Assembly: GCF_006345805.1 (NCBI RefSeq)
Contig: NC_043014.1
Span: 34,348,001-34,412,000, forward strand
Length of the DNA stretch: 64,000 bases
Source: Octopus sinensis
Taxonomy: Eukaryota
Reading direction: 5' to 3'
The notes under the pieces were generated by a model, which saw only the letters and a list, made by a program, of their open reading frames with translations, had not been told where the DNA came from and ran no database searches. Positions 50,630 through 63,394 of the stretch are shown piece after piece (the first letter of the stretch is position 1; every line of letters begins with the position of its first letter). The position numbers and the translations under genes were made by a program.

Positions 50630-50995
50630 GTTGGTTTGGTGAAGCAAACTGGAAAAATACAACTCAAAACATGAGTATATATATATTTTTATTAATATTT
50701 AGCAGATGTAACAAAGTGACTGACTCAAGGGCTGAGAGTTTGTATATACATGTGTGTGTGTGTTGTGTTCATGTGTGTTATGGATTTGCAGTAAGTGGCA
50801 AGTTACCTATTGTGTTCTGAGTTCAAATCCCTCCAAGTTTCACTTTTGCTTTCATTTTGTTTCTTTCAGCTCAGTAAAACAAAAGAACAGATTAGGTTTT
50901 CCTGTGTAGTTATGAAGTTTGCTTCACAACAATTGGATCTATTGAAGTAGATACTCCACTTTTCCTATGTTCAGATAGGAGGCTCAATAAATAAA
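50630..50995 (+). repeat. Dispersed duplicate of 47235-47660
   Basis: Shared ggtttggtgaagcaaactggaaaaatacaactc...gaagtagatactccacttttcctatg. Both copies are preceded by (CTAT)/(CT) microsatellites. Confidence 0.9.
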
Positions 50996-52497
50996 TAGAC
51001 TGTTCTGTGAAGCATGTGCTGTATATAGTTGATAATTGGGTAATCCCCGGTGCAGACAATAATTCTAATTCAAGAAGAATGGTGATAACGAGCAAGGGGA
51101 AACATTTAAACTTTCAGCAGGAAATAAAAAGGAGTTGTTAATGTGTTGTTCTTCAATTCATTCTTCTTGTGACTTGTATTACTACTTGAAGGTGTATAGT
51201 ACTGATCAGCATTACTGCGGCACATCTTGTACTCAAAGCCCAGCCCACCAGGAACTAATTAGATATCACAGGTGTCCCAACTCACTACCATAAGTAATAG
51301 AAGCAGTCTGCAATTGAATTTCATAGGCGTTTTTAAATATTTTTTTAATCTCCCGTTAAAAGCACCCAGCACACAATGTAAAGTGATTGGCATTAAGGTC
51401 ATCTAACTGTAGAAACTAAGCCAATTCAGGCTGGAATCTGATGCAGCTCTTTGGCTTGGCCGCTCTGGTTGAATTGTTCAACCCATGCCAGCATGGAAAA
51501 TGGATATTAAAGCCGTGATGTTGATGATGATACTTAGTCATCTTGACTGAATGTTTTCAACAGAGTGGAACTCTGTTAAAAGCATCTAAGGGTAAGTTGA
51601 CAGTGTTAAACCATGTGATGGATTAAATCCCCCACACTGGATAGGAAAGGTCATTCCTATGCATTTTCTATCTACCTAATTTCTAAAGGCATTAGTTGAC
51701 CTGAGACATTCGTAATACTTGCTCAAGTTGTCACACACTGGGATTGAACCAAAAACCACATAGTTGCAAAGTAAGCTGCTTAACCACATGGCCATGCCTT
51801 TTGATATGCCAGGTGTACCAGTAATAAGTATAGAGGAACAAATTTGCATTCTGACTGACTCCACCTGGCTCACCTGAACTTGATAAAAATAACACCTAAT
51901 TCCCCCTCAGATCTTTTCTTCCAGCTTAAAGGATACATTGGTTAATGTAGTGTAGGGTACACTACTTTAGGAAAAAGGAAAGTGGGTGGTCATGGCATCG
52001 TTGTTTTTAAGCATAGGTATGTGCATTCAGAGCAGATTTAGATCTTGAAAAGGGTGATATTTCACAGAAAACTATTTGAAAGGTTCAGGTTTTATAGACA
52101 TGTTTTTGCTGTATTCCCACCCCAGCTTGATTTTATTCTTTCATCACTATATTTCTAGTGAGTAGTCATCATCATCATCAACGTTTAGCGTCCGCTTTCC
52201 ATGCTGGCATGGGTTGGATAGTTCAACTGGGGTCTGGGAAGCCAGAAGGCTGCGCCAGGCCCAGTCTGATCTGGCAATGTTTCTATGGCTGGATGCCCTT
52301 CCTAACGCCAACCACTCCGTGAGTATAGTGGGTGCTTTTTACGTGCCACCGGCACGGACAGTCTGAGTCTTTATTTCAGTTAAGTTTTAAAATAACCAAC
52401 AAGTTAGAGGAATTCAGTAAAATTTTGCCTCTGTCTCTTTTATTTCAAACAACAAAAGGTTCTCACATAACACAGGTATTCACGCACACATGCGCAT

Positions 52498-52539
<42 letters not shown>

Positions 52540-53170
52540 CAATTGGTATTTATTATCTCATTCGTGTTGCAATATTTTATTTTGATTATGATGACTTTAA
52601 TATGGAGTGAATGAGAGTGGGTTTTTTTTTTTGTTTATTAAAAATTCTGATGACACTTCATTGATAACTGAATTATTGTTATTGTCAATTGTCTTTCCAC
52701 TTCCTCCACCTCCACACTTAACAGTAAACAATACAGACATTATTCATAGCATGTGTGAAACGATGGCGTTTGATTACAAAGTTTAGAGCAGTCTTTCACA
52801 ACAGAATATCTTGTCCATATGCATTCCAACCTGACTGAAACCTTGTGCTGGTTTATTGGAAATAATGTTTATTTATGAAAATGTTATTGACATAGAACTG
52901 AAGGATGACATTTTACACAAGAGTTCATTAATGAATCACATGAAAATTATCCTCTTCAATCTATATTCACTATTCTATAATTAGCTTCACGGATGTTAGA
53001 AACATCTATATTAGATGTACATATTTAGTAAAGATATTTAAAAATATCTTTAGTAAGAAGTTTGCTTCCCAACCACACAGTTCCAAGTTCACTCACACTG
53101 TGTGACACGTTGGGCGAGTGTCTGAGCAAAGCCTTAAGAGATTTGGTAGGTGGAAAGTGAAAGAAACCTG

Positions 53171-53218
<48 letters not shown>

Positions 53219-53227
53219 ATTATGAGG

Positions 53228-53555
53228 TGACCCCCTTTGGTCATGAATGACCATGGGATTGCACCTAGAAAGTTGCCCTCCGAGGCACAAGTCCAGGCAA
53301 GGTTGTTTGTGGAAGGCCACGCCCATGCATACCAGCTTCCCCTCTCCACACCACTGATATTATCCAAGGGAAAGGCAAAGGCCAATACAGCTTGGCACCA
53401 GTGATGTCGCAACTCATTTCTGCAGCTTAGTTAACTGGAGCAACATGAAATAAAGTATCTTGCTCAAGAATACAACAAACAGTCCGGTCTGGGAATCGAA
53501 CTCACAACCTCACAATTGTAAGGTCGACGCTCGAACCACTGAGCCATGTGCCTTC
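53228..53555 (-). mobile_element. SINE family C nested in a family A copy (about 53050-53820)
   Basis: Reverse complement of 56628-56948, lying in the internal microsatellite of family A. Confidence 0.85.
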
Positions 53556-54019
53556 ACACACACACATAAATAGTGTACTCCATCTGGTTAAATAATATAT
53601 TTGCCTCTGTGTGTGTGTGTGTGTCTGTTCCTCATCACTGCTTGACAACTAGTGTTTGTGTGTATATGTCCCTGTAGCTTAGAGGTTCAGTAAAAGAGAC
53701 TGATAGAATAAGTACCTGGCTAAAAAAGAAAATAAGTACCTAGGTTGATTAGTTTGAATAAAATCCCTCAATGTGGTGCCCTAGCATAGCTGTGGTCTAA
53801 TGACTGAAATAAGATAAAAGATAGCATGTCAGAATCAGTACAGCATCTGGCAAAATGTCTTGTTTAGCATAACAACACAAAGCATTATTACATTGTAAGT
53901 TCAAATCTAATGCAGATGTACTTCTCTTTTTGTCTATCTGAGTTCAATACTTTCATAAGTGGCTGTGCAATATGAGTTCATATAATCAACTGTAGGGTAA
54001 AATCTGAAACCTCCAAAAC

Positions 54020-54465
54020 ATTGAAACTCCGATGTCTGGCAGCTGACTTGGCAGACACCCATAAAATTATTAACCATCTTACAAACAATAACTCTGAGCT
54101 CCTTTTCAAACTCCACCCATCTAACACCTGTGGACATATTTACAAAATCAGAAAACAGCACAGCTCCCATGACTTTTGGAAACATTTTTTCACGCTAAGA
54201 GTTGCTGAAGCATGGAACAAACTGCCGGCATCAGTTGTTAGTTGTCGAAGCACTGCATCCCTCAAAACTTCCATGCTTCCTGAGATTCGCCAACACTATA
54301 CCTTATTTTCTCCCCTCCATACACACACAAGCATGTATCTGACTCATACACTGTTCACTTTCCAGACATTTGTACATTACTGCATATGTTTTATATGCAC
54401 TTTTGACAAGTTGTGGTGCACCTGAGCACTGTATACAATAATTTCATTATTATTATTATTATTAT
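54020..54465 (+). mobile_element. CR1 LINE 3' fragment
   Basis: LAADLADTHKII...SNTCGHIYKIRKQH...FFTLRVAEAWNKLP with an (ATT)n tail. Confidence 0.88.
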
Positions 54466-55594
54466 GTATTCTTGAAGGTGGTATGCCTGCATGGTTGCAA
54501 TTGTAGACTCTTAAAAATATGTAATATTTCCTATGAATATTTTGAATTACTTCAATTGAAAATTTTCTTCAGCTATCATCACTTTTCCTGTTAATTCTGT
54601 AGCTTTTAAACTCGTCGTATCCAGCTCAAATAATCTACCTGTTTTATGTTCAAATCAGCCACAGGCTTGGCCTTCCACACCTACCCGAAATGTCATTTTA
54701 AAAATAAACAATCACATGATCAAAATCTCACAGTTACAAGATAATGCATGATTAATTTAAAATTATGAATAAATAAGTATCACATTTTACAAAGTCATCT
54801 AAATGCTAAAGAGTTAAAGAAAAATGGCCCATTTTATCTAGTTTGGTTTAAGGGGAGAGATAAGAAATTGAGCTCTAGAAATATATCAATTTTTCTTTTT
54901 AAATTTTTTCCTGTTCTTAAGAGATGCTTTGTAAATTAATAGAAAAAGTATTTTTCTAGAAATATTCATACAACCAAGTATTTTAGCCTAGGACATGTGG
55001 CAAAAGCATCCACAAAGAGTTTCAGAATCTTCCTTTAGTGTTTTGTAAAGTGTTGCTGAGAGAGAGAATATAAGTGAAAGATATTGATGTTGAAATCACA
55101 GCAGAAGAGAAGAAAGGAAAATTTAACAGATGTCTAATGTTATCAGTAAGCCTGCTGTTATATTTTATCAACACTACTGGGCCATTATCAGTTAATTTAG
55201 TATACTGGTACATGTCCTTGCAAACACCACATTCCTTTTACTCACCATTTTTTTTTTCTGTTTTAAAACCTGTTTATTGGTTAGAATTATATTTAACTTG
55301 GTTACACGGGATATTATAGTACTAGCAACATTAGTTACAATGGGTTATCATAGTTCTAGTAACATCTGTAACATTTAATTATTCTGTAAATGATAAATGT
55401 GAAGTGGTTTGGTGATATTTAATAATTCCGTTTATGGTATTAGTTTCTCCTCAGAAAGATAAGACTATGAAGGTCTAGAAATTATAATGAATAAGGATCA
55501 CTTCAAAATTTGGAAGAAGCCTTAATAAAAATAATACTACAACACAGTGGTTTTAACACAACCTGTTTAAGATAAAGCTGTTCCCATTTGTGGA

Positions 55595-55994
55595 GTGATT
55601 CTGTGGAAGGGGTAGTCCTAGAAAGACATGGGATGAAGTGATGAAAAAGGATCTTCAGACACTGGGTCTCACTGACAAAATGACAAGGGACTGGGAGTTG
55701 TTGCAATTTGCTGTACTTGAAAACATGTGTCATGCTAAGTAAAATCGCTGCCTTCCATACATATAGGCTTGTCCTTTGCAGGTGCTGGTACTGTGTAAAT
55801 GCACCCATGCTAGTGGCATGTAAAAAGCACCCGGCACACTATGTAAAGTGGTTGGTATTAAGAAGAGCAGCCATAGAAACTATGCCACAACAGACAACTG
55901 GAGCTTGGACAGCTCCCTGGCTGGGCAACTAACTGCATGTCAAACTGTCCTACCCATACCAGCATGGAAACCAGGCGTTAAATGATGATGATGA
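55595..55994 (+). mobile_element. RTE LINE 3' end continuous with the family D tail
   Basis: CGRGSPRKTWDEVMKKDLQTLGLTDKMTRD followed by the family D sequence and (ATG)n. Confidence 0.75.
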
Positions 55995-56627
55995 TATTTA
56001 TTATATAAAATCCATTCTGTCTGTCTGTGTGTGTCTTCTAGGATCTTGGGCATCCTCCATCCAATTGCGCTCAAATTTGATATGTAGATACTGACGGTAT
56101 CAGGGCATGTATAAGTATTGAAAAAATTACAAAAATCGATTCCAGGAGAGAATGCGATCGATAAAGCCATGGAATAGAAAAAAAAGTCTATCTTTATTTC
56201 TTCATTTGCTGGTGTCTCAAATTCAGGTTAAATCAGTGTTTCTCAAGGGGGAGGCCTATGGGATGGTCGGATAAGTTGTTTTGAGATAATTTGGTTTAAA
56301 TGTTTGACAACTCAGCACTGTCCATTGGACGGGGGGCATTTTGCTCGTATTTATATCTATATATATAAATAAAATGATATGCTAGTGAGATGTGGGTTAC
56401 TACAAAAAGGCAAAAAAAACATTGTCTATGATGCAAAAGGCTATGGTAAGATCCATGTTAGGAATATCTTTGCCAGAGCATATCTGAAAGAAGGTAATTT
56501 GAGAAAGGAGTGGTGTAAATGGCATGATTGCAGAATACCAAAATCACAAGTTTTGCACTGGGTTGGACATGTCACAAAGTTCACAGACAAGTGGTATCTA
56601 TATATGTGTGTGTGTGTGTGTGTGTGT

Positions 56628-56948
56628 GAAGGTGCATGCCTCAGTGGTTAGATTGTGAGGTTGTGAGCTCGAATCCCGGACCGGGCTGCGTGTTGTGTTC
56701 TTGAGCAAGACACTTTATTTCACGTTGCTCCAGTTCACTCAGCTGTAGAAATGAGTTGCGACGTTACAGGTGCCAAGCTGTATCGGCTGTTGCCTTTCCC
56801 TCAGATAACACTGGTGGCATGGAGAGGAGAGGCTGGTATGCATGGGCGACTGCTGGTCTTCCATAAACAACCTTGCCTGGACTTGTGCCTGGGAGGGTAA
56901 CTTTCTTGGTGCAATCCCATGGTCAGTGTCGTGACCGAAGGGGGTCTC
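56628..56948 (+). mobile_element. tRNA-headed SINE family C
   Basis: GAGCTCGAATCCC B box and a CORE-like block ttgagcaagacacttt...cactcagctgtagaaatgagt. Flanked by (TG)n. Confidence 0.85.
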
Positions 56949-57712
56949 AGATGTGTGTGTGTGTGGTGGGGTATTTATAAAATTCAAATATTGAGACAAA
57001 AGATACTTTAATAAATCTTTAACGATCAGTTACAATTGTTTCTGTACCTGCTTTCAGTGGCAGTTTACGTAAAAGTTAGAAGTGAATATTTATGTAATAT
57101 TAGTGACACTTCATCACACTTACATCAAAGGTGTGTTTTTACATTGTGTGTCTTCCAGACTTTGTTTTTTGTTTATATCAGGAGGAAACAAAAAGTAAAT
57201 AAAAGTATGGTAAGGGGATGAATAATTAGCATAAATAACATAAGAGAAGAAGAAAATGAAGATATGTTTTATATTTGATTTCTCTGTCAGTTTAGTTCAA
57301 ATGTACTCACTTGTTTACTTTTCATTAGATTGCCCTCATAAGTCCTTCACATTTACTCTGTTATGCTGTATCCAAAAGAGCTGCTTTTTGTCAGTACCAT
57401 AACATATATAGATAGGGCTGACACTCTGAAGGTCTGATAAGGAACCTATGTGGGATGTTCTGCAAGGAACTGAGTAACTGAATCAGTTCTCATTTTAGCA
57501 ATATTCAGGTTATGAGAAATTTGAGTTCCTGTCAGGGTTCTCTTATATGGAACTATTTACTTTTTATAACATATGTCTATAATATATATATAGTCTTGAT
57601 ATAGAATAGAAATTAAGGGGTTCTTGTCAGTTTCAACTGCTACTTTGAAGCCCAAAAGAAATGGTTTGTTATATAGGAAATGTATTTCTTATTTACTCAA
57701 GATGAGCTAATA

Positions 57713-57761
<49 letters not shown>

Positions 57762-57765
<4 letters not shown>

Positions 57766-58132
57766 GCTGTGTGGTAAGTAACTTGCTTACGAACCACATG
57801 GTTCCGGGTTCAGTTCCACTGCGTAGCACCTTGGGCAAGTGTCTTCTGCTATAGCCTTGGGCTGACCAAAGTCTTGTGAGTGGATTTGGTAGACGGAAAC
57901 TGAAAGAAGCCCGTCGTATATATGTATATGTTTCTGTGTCTGTGTTTGTTCCCCCAACATTGCTTGACAACCGATGCTGGTGTGTTTACGTCCCCGTAAT
58001 GTAGCGGTTCGGCAAAAGAGACCGATAGAATAAGTACTAGGCTTACAAAGAATAAGTCCTGGGATCGATTTGCTTGACTAAAGGTGTTGCTCCAGCATGG
58101 CCACAGTCAAATGACTGAAACAAGTAAAAGAG
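57762..58132 (+). mobile_element. SINE family A
   Basis: Matches 911-1314 and begins directly after (TA)n. Confidence 0.88.
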
Positions 58133-59193
58133 TATATGTATATATAGTGGTGTTAGGCAACTAAACTAGGACTCTGTCAGTTATGATGGCAAGAGTTCCA
58201 GTTGATCCAATCAACAGAACAGCTTGGTCAGGAAATTAATGTGCAAGTGGCTGAGCACTCCACTGACATGTGTACCCTTAATGTAGTTCTCAGGGAGATT
58301 CAGCATGACACAGAATGTGACAAGGCTGGCCCTTTAAATTACAGGTACTACTCATTGTTGCCAGCTGAGTGGACTGGAGCAATGTGAAATAAAGTGTGTT
58401 GCTCAAGGATACAATGCATCACTGGGAATTGAACTCCTGACTTTTACAATCATGAACCAAATACCCTAACCACTAGTTTGACAACTATTAAGAAATTAAT
58501 TAAATAAATAAATAAATACAGCATGGACATTTAAACTTCATTGTAAGTTTTAAAATGGCACTCTGGGCAAATGTCTTTTGTTGTAGCCTTGAGTTCATCA
58601 ATATTTTGTTAGTGGAATTTAGTAGATGGAAAAATGTACATAAACCAGTCATATCTTTTCTCTTTTACTTGTTTCGGTCATTGGACTACAACCATGCCAT
58701 GAAGAGTTTTAATTGAATCACTTGGCTCCAGTACTTTTTGTTTTTTAAAGCCTTGTATATATTCTGTCAGCCCAAGGTGTTGCACTGTAGGACTGAATCC
58801 CAAACCGCATGCCTGAAAAGTGAGCTTTGTGTATATGTTTACAACAGTTTGAAAGAAAAAAGTGGTGTTGTGTTGTTTGTGTTACATACCATGACTTAAC
58901 ATTTCAACAAATGGGATGTGATAAAATAAGTACCAAATAGAAATGAGGACTGGAGTTAATATGATTGACAAAAACCAGTAACATTTCTTCATCACTTTGT
59001 CTACTCTTCATTAAGTCTTTGCCTCTTTGTTAGGTTTCTTTATTGTGTGATAACAGTTCCTTCAGGGGCTGATTTTGCTTATCATCGTTACTGGATTGAT
59101 AAGAACCAGTTACATAACAATAGCAATTCATTGAACTCAAGTCTTCTCTTTAGTAGACCACAAGATACAAATGACTTGCAGTATTTAGTTTAA

Positions 59194-59414
59194 CCCTTTC
59201 GTTACTGTATTTATTTTGAGATGCTCTGTGTTTCTTTCAATTACTGTAAATATAACAAAGAATTTAGTAAAATAACTTAGTTATCATTCAGCCAGTGTTA
59301 GGAACATAAATTGTGACTAAGGTTTGGTGGAAGATTTTAATTCAGAACATTTGAAAACAAGACATTTGTACTACAGAGCCAGAGGCGGTTTCAGTCAGGT
59401 TGGTATCAAAAGGG
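59194..59414 (+). mobile_element. TTAA-target MITE family 2
   Basis: TTAA|CCCTTTCGTTAC ... GGTATCAAAAGGG|TTAA. Related copies at about 45520-45735 and 59795-59900. Confidence 0.85.
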
Positions 59415-59438
59415 TTAACAATTATTTGTTTTAGTAAT

Positions 59439-59795
59439 AGGTGTGGCTGTGTGGTAAGAAATTTGCTTCCTAACCACATGGTTCTTGGTTTAGTCCTACT
59501 GTGTGGCACCTTGGGGAGGTGTCTTCTACTGTAGCCTCGGGCTAATCAAAGCCTTGTGAGTAGATTGGTAGGCAGAAACTAAAAGAAGCCCATTGTATAT
59601 GTGTGTGTGTGTGTGTTTGTCTCCCACCACAACTTGATAATTGGTGTTGGTGTGTTTACATCCCTGTAACTTAGTGGTTTGGCAAAAGAGACTGATAAGT
59701 ACCAGGCTTTACAAAAAGTAATAAATACTGGGGTCGATAAATTCCATTAAAATTCTTGGTGTCCCAGCATGGCTGTAGTCTAATGACTGAAACAA
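59439..59795 (+). mobile_element. SINE family A, CpG-decayed
   Basis: Same body as 911-1314, with most CG changed to TG or CA. Confidence 0.8.
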
Positions 59796-60846
59796 ATTGT
59801 GACTAAAGTTTGGTGGAAGATTTTAATTCTAAACTTATGAAAACAAGACCTTTGTACTACAGAGCCAGAGCTGGTTTCAGCTGGGTTGGTAACGAAAGGG
59901 TTAAGGCAGCAAGCTGGCAGAACTGTTAGCACACCAGTCAAAATGCTCAGTGGCATTTCTTCTGGCTTTATGATCTGAGTTCAAATTTTGTTGACATTGA
60001 CTTTATTCTTCACTTTTACTGGGTTTGATAAAAATAAGCACCATTCAAGCACTGGGGTTGATATAATTGACTAGCTTTCTCCCCACAAATTTCAGGTCTT
60101 GTGCCTATAGAACAGAGAAATATTTAATTGCTTCTCTTTTGTTCTCATTTCAATTCCTGCTGAGTTCAGCTTTTCCTTTTATAGTTCTGGATCCAAGAAA
60201 ATGTCAGTTAAATCGAAAGTACCCTTCCCATACTCAAAACTTCCATTTGTGTGTCTTTAACATCATTACAACATTTTAGATTCTGAATTCAAGCCATGCC
60301 AATATACAATTTATTTTCCAATCTTCTGCTATTGAAACAATACACATTCAGTTATGTACTGGAGCTGGTTCTGTTCTTCCAACATTTTTCATCTTGTGCA
60401 CATTGTAAGCATTTGGCACAAGGCCAGCAATTTTAGGGGAGGGGTAAGTTGATTACATCAACCCCAGTTTTCAATAAGTACTTATTTTGTTGAGCTCAAA
60501 GGGATGCAAGGCAAAGTTGACCTCGGCAGAATTTGTGCTGAAAATGTTAAGATGGATGAAACGCTGCTAAAGCACTTTGCCCAGCGTGTTAATGATTCTG
60601 CTAGATTGCTGCCTGAAGGAGACCTAGTATTGAATGAAATCTGCATGAATAATCTCATTATTCCTTATGTTTTGGAGGTGAGGTAGGAAGAATAGAAGGT
60701 TATTTTTGTAGAGCTGATGGTAAAGGGGAGAACTGTACTCTGAATATACAGCTCCTGGTAGCAAGAGCACAAACCCCTAATAACCACACACACACATGCG
60801 CATGCGGAAGTACACATACAAACTATATATTGTTCATCATTATTTG

Positions 60847-60965
60847 TCATAATGAGGCATTTATCAGCTGAGTGTTTCATGACTAATTTTGTTAGTTTGG
60901 GACTTTCTCATAATGAGGCATTTATCAACTGAGTGTTTTATGACTAATTTTGTTGGTTTGGGACT
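60847..60965 (+). repeat. 61-bp tandem duplication
   Basis: tcataatgaggcatttatca.ctgagtgttt.atgactaattttgtt.gtttgggact twice. Confidence 0.9.
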
Positions 60966-61353
60966 ATGTCCAGGATCTTTGTGAATTAATTCAACAGAAA
61001 TTGTCAATGTTGAATATGCCATTTAAAGAAAATTTCGATATGTTTACTAGAAGCTACAGTTCTGGACATCATGATAGATCAAAACTTGTTTATCTTTGGC
61101 TGATGTTGAATAAGATATGTTTTTATTCTGGCACACCATAAATAGTAGTTGGCCATGGGTTGAACAAAGGCAAAAAAAAAGTAAGCAGTTATTGATCATT
61201 TATGTATTCAAGATCTACTCTTCTATTTATTTCATTCACCCAGACATTGGTCATAGTATCAACTTATTCAATTAGTCATGGAGCACTGTCAGTGAGAAAA
61301 TAACTGATTTAAATGAATTAAGATCTACTAGGTTGTGTGTATACTTATATATA

Positions 61354-62554
61354 CAGGGTGTGTAAGGTATTTGAGGACATACCTTTTTTGGGTCATTGCT
61401 GCTTTTTTTTTGCTAACTCTGTATGATGTTTGTTTCAGAAAATAATAATGGTAGACCCTCAGCTTACTCAAACGAAGAGGCATTCTGTTATTGAGGTTAT
61501 AAAGGCTGAGTTATAGTGATTTAGAAATATCTTGAGTTTTAAAAGTTGCCAGATCTTTCATCTACAAAGTTTGTAAAGAGCTAGAGACTGAGGATGGAAA
61601 TGTATCACCAGTATCAAAGTTTAATAAGTATTGTAAATTCTCTGAAATCATCAGAACACCTGAATTTATCCAACAAGTTCAACAGACCATTGATTACAAT
61701 CCCAGAAAGTTCATGAGGTTAAGTGCAAAAGATCTCCATGTATGAGAAGGAACAGTCAGAAATGTTGTCCATGAAGACATCAGATATAAGTTTTATATGA
61801 TGAGGAAAGGTCAGTTTGTCTGAAAAAGCAAAAGAAAATCACTACATCAGATCCAAAAGGCTCTCAAACAAACTGAAAAATCCATCAGATTTCATTTGGT
61901 TTTTCTCGAACCAGAAAAAAACTTTGACTAAGATCAAAAAGTTAACAGAAATGACAGATGGTTATATGTAGACCCTTTTGAAGTTCCAAGTGTTTTGCAT
62001 ACAAAATTTCCTGTAACTGTCTTGGACTTAGGGTTGTCAGCAATGAAGTCCATGTGATTCCTCCTTACTTCTCTCCACACAGCCTTAGCATTAACTCTGC
62101 CACCTACATTGAGGTCCAGAAAATAATTGTTAAGCCCTGGATAAATAGTGTATGCAATGGAAGGCCATATATGTTTCAGTAAGACTCTGCACTATCACTC
62201 GTGGCTCTAGTAACACAGGAATGGATGGCTGAAAACTTTCAGGATTACATAACCCCAACATTTGGCCTCCTAATTCTCCAGATCTCAATCCATTGGATTG
62301 TTACATTTGGAACGTTGTTGAGAGAGAGGTCAATGAACACGCCCATAACACCAAAGATTTTTTGAAAGCTGCCATAGTCAGAGTAATGTCCAAAATGAAC
62401 CAGGACCACTCGATTCGAGAATGTAGATGATTAAGATCTCATATAGAAGCAGTTGTTGAAGCTGAAGGTGGCTTTATTGAATAACATTGTAGAAAAGGTT
62501 TATTTTTATCCTTATGGCATTTTTTGATAAAGTTGTTATATATGTTTTTGCACC

Positions 62555-62557
<3 letters not shown>
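61354..62557 (+). mobile_element. DD37D (maT-like) Tc1/mariner transposon, degenerate
   Basis: TA|CAGGGTG ... CACCCTG|TA. Transposase motifs FQ*DSA and WPPNSPDLNPLDCYIW, with 37 residues between the second and third D after correcting one frameshift. Confidence 0.85.
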
Positions 62558-62600
<43 letters not shown>

Positions 62601-62878
62601 ACAAGAAAATTGAAATTGGGAAGTTAATAATTGTTTACTATTAACAGCAAATTAATCATCTTACAGCTAGCTGTTTCATTTAATACTTAGTAAATATTGA
62701 ATTTATATTTATATGACCTGAACATAATATCTTCAGAGGGAAAGAAAATATATATACACCCTTGGATGTTTTATGTGTGTTTATGGATTCCATTATAGCA
62801 GATTGAATGATGCGGTTTATGATTTGTATTGTTATATGTTCAGGTGAGGGGTTTGCAGGTTGAAACCATCCCACCACT

Positions 62879-62918
<40 letters not shown>

Positions 62919-63341
62919 CATACATACACACACACCACATGCTTCTGTGTTCAAGTTCTACTACTGTGGCACTTTGGGAAGGTGTCTTCTTCTATAGCCC
63001 CAGGTTGATCAAAGTCTTGTGAGTGAATTTGGTATATGGAAACTGAAAGAAGCCTGCTGTGTGTGTGTGTATTTCCTTGTTTTGACATTTTGTGATATTT
63101 GTAATTTTTGGCCAAAGGGAAATATTACCTTACTTGGAAACAGGTGAAAGGTGGTGACATGAAGGCATTTTGAAAATCTGCCTCAAATAAAAAACAAAAA
63201 CAAAAAAAAAAACTCTGATTGACCTATGCAACCATGGAAAAGTGGATTTTAAATAATGGTGTGTATGTATGTATATCTATTTTTATGTGTGTGTACATCT
63301 ATCTATCTATCAATCATCTATCTATCATCTATCTATCTATC

Positions 63342-63394
<53 letters not shown>

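Noticed and set aside
49880-51300. Possible hAT Charlie-type transposase traces (HVIHC, LSRG)
   Set aside because: The motifs are too short and scattered to support a call.
56356-56385. 30-bp TC...CTAG mini Helitron
   Set aside because: It lacks the 3' hairpin and is short and AT-rich enough to be chance.
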